Shown: positions 1-13,437, counted from the first letter of the whole stretch. The stretch is 60,806 nucleotides of DNA, filler included, from Callorhinchus milii (GCF_018977255.1; 4 parts of 4 records of this genome joined end to end with filler, not necessarily neighbours in it); one strand, 5' to 3'. The notes: generated from the sequence alone by a model not told the origin. Made by a program: numbers and translations.

Positions 1-379
1 GCATCCCGTATTGAGCGAGTGAATGATCCAAGGTGAGCACCGACAATCATTTTATTAGCTCCTCTTGGTTTATTCTTATCTTATACAACTTATTTACCCA
101 CGCCTCCGGTAATGTGGCATTCGCTGCATCATCTTCTTTTAATAAGGCAGATATAAAATACTCATTCAGCATGGCAGCCATGCCCTCTACCTCAAAAGAA
201 GATTTCGTCGTTTGTCCCTGATTAGGTCCAACCTAAAGTTAATAACTTTATATCATTAATATGCTTATAAAATACATTGGGTTTCCCATTAATGTTATCA
301 GGTACTCATTTGTATACAATCACTTGACCCCACTTGTTTGATAAACTTAATAAAGAAAATACTAAGATGTGAAAAATCG

Positions 380-2164
380 ACTAAGGTCAAAAACTTGCAA
401 GGCATAGCAATGGCAACAGTAGAGTTTTTATAATAACGCTAAGAGAAAGCGAGTACTCAAGTGAGGTGTGGGAGAGTTAAAGCCAAATGAGGACGAACTA
501 TAATGCGCAATAAGGAAGCGGGAGGCTTGAAGAATGTATTGTTTCCTTGTCTTTTCTCAGTTGAGGAAGAGGACAAAATAACGGTGGTACAAGCGAAAGC
601 AAAAATAAGCAAAACAGAAGCAACAGATGGTTTCGATGTGAATAATAACACAGTAATTGTGCATATAATGGAAATAAGGATGAACACATCGCCACGACCC
701 GACATATTGCAACCTCATACATGAAAATAAATATTGGATCAAATTCCAGATGATTTATGCATAATTTTTCAAACCTCTCTACATTTGGGAATTGTCCTCT
801 TTGATTGGTGAATTGCCAATGTCACTCCTTTATTTAAGAAGGGACAGAGGGAGAATCGAAATAACTACAGGCTTTTCAGCTTCATTTCGTTTGTATGGAA
901 ATCACTGGAGTTTCTCATCAGGAAAAGTGTGACTCCGCATTTGGAAAATATGAACTGATCAAAGGGCCTCAGCGCTGATTTGCGAAAGGAAGATCATGTC
1001 TTACACATCTGATTGATTGACTGAAAAAGCCCACTAACATGGTTCTTAAGAGAAGACAATGTATGTCGTCTAATGCTCTTTCAAACGGCATTGGATTAAG
1101 TTCCACACAAGATGTCAAACGCAATAAAAAAAGAGAATTGGTTTGGGGGAAACATCGCACTTTGGCTCAGTAATTGGGTGCGAGGCAGGAAACAGTTGGT
1201 TGGACAGAAAGTGAACAATCTCTGATTAAGAAGACGGGAAATTCGGTTTCCTCCAGGTGTTTGAGCTTGGTCATCCGCTTTTGGGCAGATATAAACGACA
1301 TGGATGAAGGATTTGAGAGATATGTATCCAAATCTGTAGAAGACACAAAATTAGGCCGCACAGTAAATTCTTAGAGAGAAGCAGAAGGTTTCAAAGTGAG
1401 TTTGAGAGATAAAATGAGCGGACAAAACTGAGGCAGATGGAATTCAATGTGGGGTTTTGTGAGACCGTCCACGATGGCCCCAAATATAGCAATGCAGAAA
1501 ATGTCTAAATCGTGAGAAGCTGAGCACTCGGTAAGGCAAAGGGTTTTGTGAGCCCACGTACACAGTTCACTGAAGCCAAGCTCACAGTCACAAAAGATTA
1601 TCAATAAAAGAAATGCAAAATGTTATGAAACTTTCCCAAATCTCAACGACCCTGTTTACTGAGCAGTAAGTAGGAACCTGGTTCTTAGTCGATTGGCCGA
1701 TCGCTTTTCCGGGGATAATAATACAACAAACAAAAAAATATTAATACTATAGTCACTTATTACAGGACTGTTTGTGAGACACTGTTGTGCGCAAATAGCT
1801 GCCGTTTACGACCTTAAATACATAGTCAATTTACTTTATTATATATACTGTGAAGCGCCTTGAGACTTCTAGGAAAAGTGAAAGGCGCTATAACAAATGC
1901 AGTGATTACATATATATTATTATTATATATTATTATTAATATATTATAGTATATTATTACTACTATTATTATTTATTATTTAGAAATGAGATATAGGCTG
2001 GAATATAAAGGATAGAAAATGATGCCTCATCTTTATAGAACGGTCTGACCCATCTGAAGATCAGTTCAGTTTTAGGCATCGCACCACAGAAAGGATATAT
2101 TGGGTCTGGAGTGGGTACATGGCAGATTGAACAAAACTATACCTGGGCTAAAATAGGTAAATTA
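380..2164 (+). mobile_element. Decayed CR1 LINE ORF2 (RT), interrupted by a SINE at ~1628-1981
   Basis: Frameshifted CR1 motifs: SPxPD (~690), IANVTPLFKKG..NYR (~810-870), KGRSCLTHL (~985), EDTKLG (~1340), QMEFNV (~1435). Confidence 0.85.
1628..1981 (+). mobile_element. SINE with Deu-like central domain and L2-type tail ending in (TAT)n; duplicated at ~7236-7584
   Basis: TGTTTGTGAGACACTGTTGTGCGCAAATAGCTGCC followed by TGTGAAGCGCCTTGAGAC...GCGCTATAACAAATGCA and a TAT microsatellite. Confidence 0.75.
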
Positions 2165-2462
2165 AAGTCCAGGTTATTTTAGTAGATTAGAAAGAGCAGT
2201 GATCCCAATACTTACCCCTGTGGGAAACTATTGCACTTTTCGCTCCGGTCAGAAAAACAAGCGTCCACCAGTATTCTCTGCTTTCCTTCTGCCAGACCGG
2301 TCTGTATCCATGTCTAAAATCCATATGAGCTTCGTAAACTGCACTACGTTCATGCACCAAAATCTCCAGCATCTCTGTGAGACACGAGTTGCCTTCAACA
2401 ATTAGGTGTTGGCATCTCTTACATTGAACCATATTATTCTTAGTGATAATATGAATTTGACC
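2165..2462. repeat. ~300-bp near-identical duplicate of 4992-5290 (CR1-derived)
   Basis: AAGTCCAGGTTATTTT...GTGATAATATGA(A)TTTGACC occurs at both places; ORFs 2187..2495 and 5014..5229 share the same translation. Confidence 0.95.
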
Positions 2463-2464
2463 AG

Positions 2465-3740
2465 AAGTCATGCTACACGAGAAAAAATGGTGCATCCAGT
2501 TCGTCCAACTCTCTGGCGGTCAAGTGCACATATGCCCCGAACAATCTATGTACTATATTTCATATTGTTATATTCCGAAAAAAATCACTCTTGTGTGTGT
2601 TTAAAGAATCAACTGTTGCTGCTTCAACCATCTCCCATGGGAATCTGTTCCACGTGTTCACTAGTCGCTCGCTGAAATTTTTTTTCCTTGAATCGTACTG
2701 AATTTACCCCTTCATTTGCAGGCCGTGTCCTCGGGTTTTGCTATTCTGGACAAGTTGAGACAGCCTGTAATGATCTGTGTTATATGGCCATGTTAGAATC
2801 TTAAGGACAGCAATCACGTTGCCTTTCCATGTCCTTCTTCCAGTGTGAACATATTTACTTTGTCCCTTCTCTCAGTCCAGTTCCTCTGTTCCCTAAATCA
2901 CTTAAGTCGCCCTATTCTGTATCTAACAGTTCATCAGCAAATGCGACGAAGCGATATACATTCTGACTATATTTACTCTCCTATCATGTACCCAGTTTCA
3001 CATAATATATATAGGTTAGGTGATGCGACAAGGACAGGCATCTGGACGCTTGCCAGCCAGTTCTCTCAGTGACAGGCTTTGAAGCTGTGACTGGCGAATC
3101 TGCAGCCGAGCTCAATCACACAATTTGTTTTGTCTGCTCTGGACTGATCAGTCAGATGACCATCAAATATAAGGCAACACACAATCAGATATTTATGAAC
3201 TGGCCCTCTTCACTGACATCATTCTTTGACATCTCCTTTGCATCCATTGCAATACCTTTTAATCTTTCCTCGTACGAGTAATCTGAACACAGCGCTGCAG
3301 TTGCAATGTCACCAGTGGTATTCTCAAACATGCCATTTAAAGCTGAATTTTGTCTTATATGATTCTACCTATAGAAACAAGAATACTGTCAGCTTTCCAC
3401 AGATATTTCGACATCCAACAATCTGAAGGATATGCTGCTTGCCGCTTCCAGGTACAGTGATAAAGCAACCACTAATGTGCCTTTGCTCTTCTGCTACTCG
3501 CAAATACTGTCAGTCAGTATGTATAACCTTCCCTCGTCCTTTCTAGCCAAATGGTAATCTTACATTTTGCTTGATTAAACTTCAGCTTTCACCGATCGGC
3601 CCGTTCCGCTAATATATTGAATTCTTCTGCTTGTACACGTTGATATAACATTCAATGTTCTCCTTAATATTGTGAGATAGACATCTTCGAGTTCCGCCTG
3701 TTATCCCAAATGAAACTGAGCCATAATATAGTGACTAAAT
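2465..3740 (-). repeat. Old CR1-derived block with a ~300-bp insert; paralogous to 14720-15700 and, inverted, to 58925-59780
   Basis: Shared words CTGCAGCCGAGCTCAATC (~3100, ~15270), CTGCTCTGGACTG, and TATGATTCTACCTATAGAA (~3358; reverse complement ~59286). Confidence 0.75.
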
Positions 3741-4069
3741 ACAGTAGAGTGATTTTATGTTGAACATAGTTTCTTCCGCTGTTTGCAGCTGTTAAAAGTA
3801 TGACAAAGCACTATTTTTATGAAAGCGAATCACAAAATTTATGATCAGAAGCTTGCACTGTATTTATGCTACAAATTATATCACACGAAAGGAATTAAAC
3901 GGTGGAATTTTTAAAAAAAGTCATTGATTAATGAACATGGAAGCTTCATGAACGAAACTTCCTATCTAAAGGCCAGTTTTTCAGTTAAGATCAGTTCAGT
4001 TGGTGCTCGGGACTGGATTTTGTCATTCGTTGAATCATAGGATCACAGCATAAAACAGAAGAGAAGGAG

Positions 4070-5900
4070 ACCATTCAGACCACACTGTCTTTGCCGGCTA
4101 TCTGAAAGCGGCTATCCAAACAACTCTACTCACCTGCACTCTCCCAATAGTCCAGGAAATTTTCCCCCACCCATCCCCACCCCACTAGCCCACCCTCACC
4201 CCCACATAATAGTTTTGATTAAATCGGCTTCCAACACCCTTTCATGCAATGGATTCCAGATCGAAACAACTTGCTGCTCGAAAAAAAAACATCATCTCCC
4301 ATCTGTTTCTTTCAGTAACTATTTTAAATTGTGCCTTGGGTTGCCGACCGACAAGCCAGTGGAAATATTTTCTCCCTGTTTACTATGTCGAGTTCCCTCA
4401 AAATTGTGAATATTTCTGTTAATTCTACTCTTAAACTTCTTTGCTCCAGGGAGGTTAATGCTTCCATAGCCTCTCCTGATAACTGACGTTGGTATTTCCT
4501 GGTACCATTCTGGTCAATCTCATTTGCAACCTGTGCAAAGCTTTGACATCCTTCCTGACCTTTGGTGCCGGGAACCGAAAACAGCACAATAGCTGAGGGT
4601 TAACCAATGATTTATATTAATACGTCATATATACCTGACGTTTGTGTAATATGCCCCTGTTGATCAAGCTTGGAATCCAGGACGGTTATTTGAAACAGTA
4701 TTCTACCTGTCCTACCACCTTCAAACATGTGTTTATATGAATCCTCAGGCTTCCCTGTTCCTTCTCTCACTTTCAGATTGTACCATCAGGTGATCAAGCC
4801 TCCCCTCAGCATTCTACCTCTGAAAATGCATCACTTCGCATTTTTCTCAGTTAAACTTCATCTTCTATCTCTCTGTCCGTTTTACCAATCTGACTATATC
4901 CATCTGCAGTCTGCCAATTTCCAACTTACAGTTACCTACTTTTCTTAGCTAAGTATGATCTGCAATCTTGGAAAATTTAGAGCCTTTGAACAAGTCCAGG
5001 TTATTTTAGTAGATTAGAAAGAGCAGTGATCCCAATACTTACCCCTGTGGGAAACTATTGCACTTTTCGCTCCGGTCAGAAAAACAAGCGTCCACCAGTA
5101 TTCTCTGCTTTCCTTCTGCCAGACCGGTCTGTATCCATGTCTAAAATCCATATGAGCTTCGTAAACTGCACTACGTTCATGCACCAAAACTCTCCAGCAT
5201 CTCTGTGAGACACGAGTTGCCTTCAACAATTAGGTGTTGGCATCTCTTACATTAAACCATATTATTCTTAGTGATAATATGATTTGACCTGGATAACATT
5301 CCCTAGATTTTTTCGTGCTACTGAATTTGGGCTGAATGGTCTGTTGTTCCCGGGATTATCTATCGGATTATTTTTGTGCAGTAGAGTACCATTTTCGAAA
5401 CACCAGTCCACGGGCAGATAACCAGTATCCAATGAGGTTTGAAAGATTGTCGCAGGATGAAACAACCCTTAATTTTCCAAGTCAAAATTTACTTTTCCCC
5501 GGATTATTGCAACTCTCCAACCCTATTGAATTCCCTGTTGTCCAAGGAGGATTGAAAGATTGTGGCCAGAGTTGCCGTTATTTCAACACTTACTTCCCTC
5601 AGTAATCCAGGATGCATCCCGTACTGAGCGAGTGAATGATCTAACGTGAGCACCTACGAACATTTTATTACCTCCTCTCGGTTTATTCTTATCTTATACA
5701 ACTTATTTACCCACGCCTCCGGTAATGTGGCATTCGCTGCATCATCTTCTTTTAATAAGGCAGATATAAAATACTCATTCAGCATGCCAGCCATGCCCTC
5801 TACCTCAAAAGAAGATTTCTTCGTTTGTCCCTGATTAGGTCCAACCTAAAGTTAATAACTTTATATCATAATATGCTTATAAAATACATTGGGTTTCCCA
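4070..5900 (-). mobile_element. Decayed CR1 LINE ORF2, minus strand
   Basis: ORF 5268..5465 reads TIFQTSLDTGYLPVDW...NPGNNRPFS (CR1 RT N-terminus); ORF 4324..4587 reads LTSLEQRSLRVELTEIFTIL (CR1 C-terminal region). Confidence 0.8.
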
Positions 5901-7767
5901 TTAATGTTATCAGGTACTCATTTGTATACAATCACTTGACCCCACTTGTTTGATAAACTTAATAAAGAAAATACTAAGATGTGAAAAATCGACTAAGGTC
6001 AAAAACTTGCAAGGCATAGCAATGGCAACAGTAGAGTTTTTATAATAACGCTAAGAGAAAGCGAGTACTCAAGTGAGGTGTGGGAGAGTTAAAGCCAAAT
6101 GAGGACGAACTATAATGCGCAATAAGGAAGCGGGAGGCTTGAAGAATGTATTGTTTCCTTGTCTTTTCTCAGTTGAGGAAGAGGACAAAATAACGGTGGT
6201 ACAAGCGAAAGCAAAAATAAGCAAAACAGAAGCATCAGATGGATTCATTGTGAATAATAACACAGTAATTGTGCATATAATGGAAATAAGGATGAACACA
6301 TCGCCACGACCCGACATATTGCAACCTCATACATGAAAATAAATATTGGATCAAATTCCAGATGATTTATGCATAATTTTCAAACCTCTCTACATTTGGG
6401 AATTGTCCTCTTTGATTGGTGAATTGCCAATGTCACTCCTTTATTTAAGAAGGGACAGAGGGAGAATCGAAATAACTACAGGCTTTTCAGCTTCATTTCG
6501 TTTGTATGGAAATCACTGGAGTTTCTCATCAGGAAAAGTGTGACTCCGCATTTGGAAAATATGAACTGATCAAAGGGCTCAGCGCTGATTTGCGAAAGGA
6601 AGATCATGTCTTACACATCTGATTGATTGACTGAAAAAGCCCACTAACATGGTTCTTAAGAGAAGACAATGTATGTCGTCTAATGCTCTTTCAAACGGCA
6701 TTGGATTAAGTTCCACACAAGATGTCAAACGCAATAAAAAAGAGAATGGTTTGGGGGAAACATCGCACTTTGGCTCAGTAATTGGGTGCGAGGCAGGAAA
6801 CAGTTGGTTGGACAGAAAGTGAACAATCTCTGATTAAGAAGACGGGAAATTCGGTTTCCTCCAGGTGTTTGAGCTTGGTCATCCGCTTTTGGGCAGATAT
6901 AAACGACATGGATGAAGGATTTGAGAGATATGTATCCAAATCTGTAGAAGACACAAAATTAGGCCGCACAGTAAATTCTTAGAGAGAAGCAGAAGGTTTC
7001 AAAGTGAGTTTGAGAGATAAAATGAGCGGACAAAACTGAGGCAGATGGAATTCAATGTGGGGTTTTGTGAGACCGTCCACGATGGCCCCAAATATAGCAA
7101 TGCAGAAAATGTCTAAATCGTGAGAAGCTGAGCACTCGGTAAGGCAAAGGGTTTTGTGAGCCCACGTACACAGTTCACTGAAGCCAAGCTCACAGTCACA
7201 AAAGATTATCAATAAAAGAAATGCAAAATGTTATGAAACTTTCCCAAATCTCAACGACCCTGTTTACTGAGCAGTAAGTAGGAACCTGGTTCTTAGTCGA
7301 TTGGCCGATCGCTTTTCCGGGGATAATAATACAACAAACAAAAAAATATTAATACTATAGTCACTTATTACAGGACTGTTTGTGAGACACTGTTGTGCGC
7401 AAATAGCTGCCGTTTACGACCTTAAATACATAGTCAATTTACTTATTATATATACTGTGAAGCGCCTTGAGACGTCTAGGAAAAGTGAAAGGCGCTATAA
7501 CAAATGCAGTGATTAATATATTATTATTATATATATTATTAATATATTATAGTATATTATTACTACTATTATTATTTATTATTTAGAAATGAGATATAGG
7601 CTGGAATATAAAGGATAGAAAATGATGCCTCATCTTTATAGAACGGTCTGACCCATCTGAAGATCAGTTCAGTTTTAGGCATCGCACCACAGAAAGGATA
7701 TATTGGGTCTGGAGTGGGTACATGGCAGATTGAACAAAACTATACCTGGGCTAAAATAGGTAAATTA
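5614..7767. repeat. Near-identical segmental duplicate, copy 2 (partner 1-2164)
   Basis: Starts GCATCCCGTA at 5614; match ends at ...AATAGGTAAATTA 7767. Confidence 0.97.
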
Positions 7768-8075
7768 TGAAGACAGATGATATTAATGTGTTCTCTGTTG
7801 TCCTGATTTGAGAAAGTTGCAGATTGATCTCATTGAGGATTTTTAAATTGGTACTGTGATTGAATAGGGTAGATACAGTTACACTAATACCTCTGGTTGG
7901 GAAATCCAGAACAAGAGGACATATAGTTATAATTCAAGCTCGGCCTTGTAAGATACAAATTAGGAGGATTTTTTCACCTAAACTTCAATGGAAATCAAGA
8001 ATACTTTCCCGAAAGTGGCTATGGCTGCTGAATCCATTCGCATCGACAAGACTGAGGAGGATAGATATCACAAAA
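5990..8075 (+). mobile_element. Decayed CR1 LINE ORF2, second copy, continuing to the ORF2 C-terminus
   Basis: Same motifs as the first copy plus C-terminal KSRTRGH (ORF 7860..8234). Confidence 0.85.
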
Positions 8076-8975
8076 TACCGTGCCCGCATACTGACTGGTA
8101 CTGTTCTCCGAGCACCTGTCACACTCGTTCCAGCCAAGGATTCCTGGTTCTCCGTCAACCATCAGGTTGACTTCAAGAACCTCAAACTCGTTTACAGAAT
8201 CCCATCTTGCCCAGACACTTTCCTGCATCTGTGACTTGTTTACTACCCAATACCCCACACCATGTGTCCTCTCGATTTGCTCTCCATTACACAATTTCTG
8301 GTCGACTTTTTGAGCCTCTTCGCCCCGAAATCCTGGAACTCACTTCCCCTATCCCCTACATTTGCCCCTTCCTTCCCGTCTTCTGGACTCTCCTGAAGAA
8401 CTTCCGAATCGACATTGCCCCTGTCATTCCACGTTCATCCCGCCTCATAGCATTGCTCCACTACTCTCCAACCCTATGTGAGAGACGCTTTATAATTGCA
8501 AGATGTATTTGTTGTGTACAAAACATCGGCTTGACAGCACTCACGTTCTGATTGTGAGCTTCCACTGCTCTGCCCTGCACAACCTGCCAAACATCAAGAT
8601 CTCGGTAACTCATGTGAGCAGAATAATATCCGAAATGCTGAAAGGAAAAAGATCAAGATCCATCTACTTCGCCTTCCACTTACCATGCGGTCCCATGCAC
8701 ACATGTCCCGAACTCCTGTGTGCTATATCGCATTGTGCTATTTCCTCAAATAAAACTATTTAATCTGTGTTTCAAAGAATCAACAATTTCTGCTTCAACC
8801 ATCTCACTCGGGAGCCTGTTGCACAAGTTCGCTATTCGCTGACTGAAATACTGTTTGCGTAGATTGGTGCTGAGTTGAGCCCTCGAACAGCAAGCCATGT
8901 CCGCTGGATTCCGCTGTGTACAAAGGATCAACGTTTCTCCACCAACCTACTTCTGTCACATCCAGATAATTATCA

Positions 8976-9290
8976 TATAATAATAATAATAATAATAATA
9001 ATTATAATAAAATTAATAACAATCCTTGCATTTGATATATCGCTTTTCACGTCTTCTTGACAGATTAGACTGGAAAGTGAATTAACTGTGTATTTGTGGG
9101 CGAGTAGCGGAAGCCAATTGTGCACAGAAGCGTCCCACAAACAGTCGTGGATTGAAGATGACCAATGTATGATTATTTAGTTTTGGAGAGATTATTATGT
9201 GCCGTGTGGAGTAATCAAATTACCAAAGGTATCGCCCTGCCTGGAATTGAACTCAGCTGCCTCGCTTGCAAGGCGAGTTCTCTTGAAATA
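8976..9290 (-). mobile_element. tRNA-headed Deu/L2-tail SINE
   Basis: (ATA)n tail at 8976-9020, then reverse-complement tail and Deu-like core, with tRNA-like head at ~9225-9285. Confidence 0.75.
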
Positions 9291-10299
9291 CCTCACGTTA
9301 CCCACACATGGGGCTTTCAGCCATTCTGGACAAATTCTGTATCTCCATTTCGCAGTTGTTTTGTCTGACACCCTGGTTTAACGTATCCAAGTCTGTCCCA
9401 AGACCTATATGTTTGCCCTCACCAGGGATCATCTTTCCCCAAATCACCCCATTCAGCTCTGATCCCCAAGTTGATGAATACGGTGAGAATTTGCCTTGAC
9501 CTCTCCAATTGATACGCGTTATCCTATTATAAATTTGTAATCAACTTAAAACAATTTTCTTTCATGAATTTGCAAAGTTGTTGTTCCGTACTGTGAAAAA
9601 TTAAATTGATTTGATGGCTGTCAGTTTTTTTAACGCCGTCCTAACTCGTTCTTCTTGCTGCCTGAGCACCAATGTGTCTCGCTGACGATCAAATGAAGAA
9701 CTTTTGGGCTCGTACCTGTCCCCGTTGTGCGACAGTTCACCACAAGATTCAATCTTCGATGGTGACTGAGAATTGGGGATGGATATGAAGCTCTGACCTC
9801 AACGAGTAACCGCCTGAGAGAGAATCACTGGTCCTTTGAGAGCACCTGGATATTGAGCGGGGAGAGGTGGCATTCCGCAACACTGATAACAAGTCTAATC
9901 CTTGTACATTCAAGCACTTTTGCACAGAGAAATTTATACTGAGTGCAGTCCCTGTTCAAATGATAGCGGGATAAACTCTGATCTGTGGCGAACCTTCCCG
10001 CGGACCGTTTAAGGAGCAGGAACCATAAGATATTAACGGCGTTTGACTTTGTTGCACATCTGTCTGGGATACGATCCTAAGAGCATAAGAAAATAGGAAT
10101 CTCCTGAGCCGAAGATCACGGAAATCCATCTCGTTTTCCTTCCAAACTTCTTGCAGTCGCTTGGCATGACTTGTATCATACTTTCCAATATACCGTTTCC
10201 TGTGTGTTTCTCTCTGTCTGCGCGTATGTCACTTGGACAACCCGCGGCACGGAGGGCGCTATACGACTTGAAGTTTTTCTTGTTGTTGGTTGCGACTGT

Positions 10300-10510
10300 G
10301 TTCCTGTCTGTGCGCGTTTGAGTGTTCTGTGAGTGTGTATGTGTGTGTGTCTCTGTTTGCATATATGCCTATGTGTTTCGTTCCCTCTTTACATATCTGC
10401 GTGTGTTTGTGAGTGTTTATCTGTCTGTGTTTGTGACTCTGTGCTTCTGTGCTGTTGTGTGTGTGTGTCGATGTGTGTGTGTGTGTTTTCGGGTAAGTCT
10501 GTATATGTTT
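10300..10510. repeat. Degenerate (TG)n microsatellite
   Basis: TG-rich low-complexity run. Confidence 0.9.
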
Positions 10511-11546
10511 ATTTGTTTGACAATATTCTGTACAATGACATGCATCAAAAATATAAGTGAGTTTCTCCAGGAATCCTGGCTGACAACACCATCAAGACAA
10601 ATTGGACGCTCACTTCACTGCAATTTGACAGTCACAATTACTTGCACAATACACTGCCTCGATACTTTACAAAAGTGGTGTCCAAATGACGGCCGCATGT
10701 GTCCCGGTGGTGAACGTATTTGACTAGATACCATTTACAACCTTCTAACTTTGCGCTCCCTCCCTGTTGAACTTCCTCGTGTGGCAGCAGCAGGAGCCGA
10801 CTGTTGGGAGGCCTCAGTGTGGAGAGTGGAATAATACCGGCCATTGGTGCAGTGGGTCAGGAAGGCGAGCATTTCTCTAATCAATCACATGCTTAGCATG
10901 TGATTGCCAAACATTAGAGTAACAAGAGAATACAACATGACACAATGGCTTTGTTCAAATTAGGTGAATTGTTTATTAGCTGATAAGGTAACTCATCAAA
11001 TAAAACGAAAGGCGGAACGGAAACTCTATCTCGATCCTCTCCTCATCCAATAGCCTCACATAAGCGTACAAGTTGTTGTTACTTACCAACTGAGCCACGT
11101 CACCCTCCTCTCCCTTTTGCATTTCTAACCTTCTTAACATATGAAGTTGGCCGTTACCTCAACTTGACGAACCAACGATTATTTGAATAATGTTTCATTT
11201 ATCTTTAATTCACGATTTTCCTCGTGATGAGTTTATGTTTAAAACAATTTTCTGGTTAAACAGCAACACGTAATTGATCCCTGTTGACTTTTCCTGAGCG
11301 TAGTTTGAAAGGAAGCTGGAATAAATTAATGATATTAATAATAATAATACAAATATGAATGTATCTGGAGGCACTTTCACGGAGCAACAAGGAGGCTTAC
11401 AGACCAAGGAGCCCCAGTCATCCGTTAATTGGAACCTACTTCACAGTATATTCTGTAAAACACTTTCGGAAGCTACCAATTGTCCCAATAGACGATGGCT
11501 CGTTGTTAATATTTCACAAATTACATCGAGTGCCACGCATTTTCCT

Positions 11547-12445
11547 TTATTTAAATAGGTTAAATATGTGTTTAAACGGAAAGATCACAAGATATTTGAC
11601 ATCCTCTCTGAACTTAGATTGTGTTGAAGCATAAATGACGGTGTTTGTGCAGCAACTCAAAACCTTAAGCATGTCAGTCACTTCTTGGACAACAAACACT
11701 GGGTCTCTGTAGCTTTGGTAGAAGTAATTGACTAAGGTTCGCAAAAATATAAAATTTAAAACATACATTAGCCACAACAGGATGAAGCTGCCTGATATTG
11801 CGAAGAGTAAGATGATTGATTTTCTTCGATTCTCAATCTCTGCATCAATGCCACTTTCATTTTTCTGTTGCAGGAGGTTTCTGCGGATTCTATTCGAAGC
11901 TAAAATGTGTCTGACTGTCACCACATTCATCAGCAGAATCAGAAAGAATGGAACAAACGGAGTTATTATAGTGTCAAACCAGTGAAATACAATCGATGTG
12001 GGAGAGGTGTAGTAAACCACTTTGAACTTGCAAAACCAAGGAACTTTGTTCAGTATCTCTCTGGGCTCATACATAAGGTACCAGGGAATGCTGATGAAAC
12101 AGCTCAGAGAAGAAATTACTCCTACAACCACGGCTGCTGTTCTCTCGGTGCAATAACTTGTTTTCAGTTTCACCCAACAGATGGCGACCAGGCGATCAAA
12201 GGTGAAAGCCACTGTGAACCAGACTGACATGTGTGTCACCGCCGACATCAGCACCAATCTGAGTGAACACACGGGAGTGATGTCCAGAAATGTGTTATTG
12301 AAATACAGAGAATGTATCTGGTTCAAAACCACTTCGTTGATGGCGAACAGGAGATCGGCCACTGCCATGGCCACCATGTAGCGGGTGATACATTTTGAGA
12401 GCCCACACTTTCCTCGGGACAGGACCACAATGGCCAACAAGTTCC
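11547..12445 (-). CDS. GPR139-like: GPR139-like class A GPCR, coding exon 2 (end of TM1 to C-terminus)
   Basis: Open frame with GNLLAIVVLSRGKCGLSKCITRYMVAMAVADLL, SVWFTVAFTFDRLVAIC, ENRRKSIILLFAISGSFILLW and SCCTNTVIYASTQSKFRE; acceptor ...CTCACAG|GG at 12447/12446; 899 nt. Family name is from recall of chondrichthyan GPR139-like proteins. Confidence 0.93.
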
Positions 12446-13437
12446 CTGTGAGATAAGTGAACAGCAATCAAACATATTTAACTGTTAGCTGCGTAATTTG
12501 AAGGTATTTTGCTCGAACTGCATTCACAGAGCTGTTCTCCACCAATGTTCATGGATTGAATTAATCATTTGTTTTCAAAAATATTTTGAATGCATTATTA
12601 AGAGAGATTGAAGGGTTCAAACATAGTTATCTCACTTGTTAGGCGACTGCGCCAACCACTGAGCTACATATATAATTTAACCAATGAACTACAGACTAAG
12701 GAAAACCGAATAACATATAAGATGTTCAAACTCATTCTCTGCCTTTCGTCTATTCATTTGGACACAAACGATCTCCTGTGACATTACCATAAAATAGAAT
12801 GAAGTTTCTCCACGTTCCCTGGATAAGCATCCACGAAATAAAGTTGGTAGATTGCAATATTCATCATTCTTCTATATTCAGAATTATGTCAACATTTGGT
12901 AGGATCTGGTGAAGTAAATGCTTTGACGATAACCTGAAATTTGTGGATCAAAATTAACATAAATATGTGTTCCGTTCATACGAGAACATGAATTGGAAAT
13001 CCGCCTACAATTGTTTAAGACGAAGATAACATTTCCACTATTATTGCTAAAAATATACATTACGAAAGCATAATTCACAATAAAATCAAAATATGTAAAG
13101 GGCACACACGCATTAAAATTTCGCATCTAAACGCAAATAAACTTGATCACATGTATCTGTTCTACTTGGTTATTTTATTTTGGGAAAGAAAGCTTCCAGC
13201 ATTTCTTGCATTGATTAAAATGAAGTTACAAAATAATTGAAAACAATTCAATCATTCTATTGATGATCAGATACCAATGATTCCGTGGTTCTCCAATGCT
13301 TTTCTCCGTGGACTGCCCAGCTATTCTGTTCACAACATTCATCTCATTCAAAGCACCAACATATCCTCACTCCTATAATCTCCGCAGTTCCATCAATCTA
13401 GTACTTGCCAGGCTTCCCTGCCTCCTTCCTAGAAAAC

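Larger units (their letters stand above)
1..2164. repeat. Near-identical segmental duplicate, copy 1 (partner 5614-7767); runs off the window start
   Basis: 1-2164 aligns almost base for base with 5614-7767; identical ORF translations appear twice in the track (e.g. 1371..1604 and 6979..7212). Confidence 0.97.
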
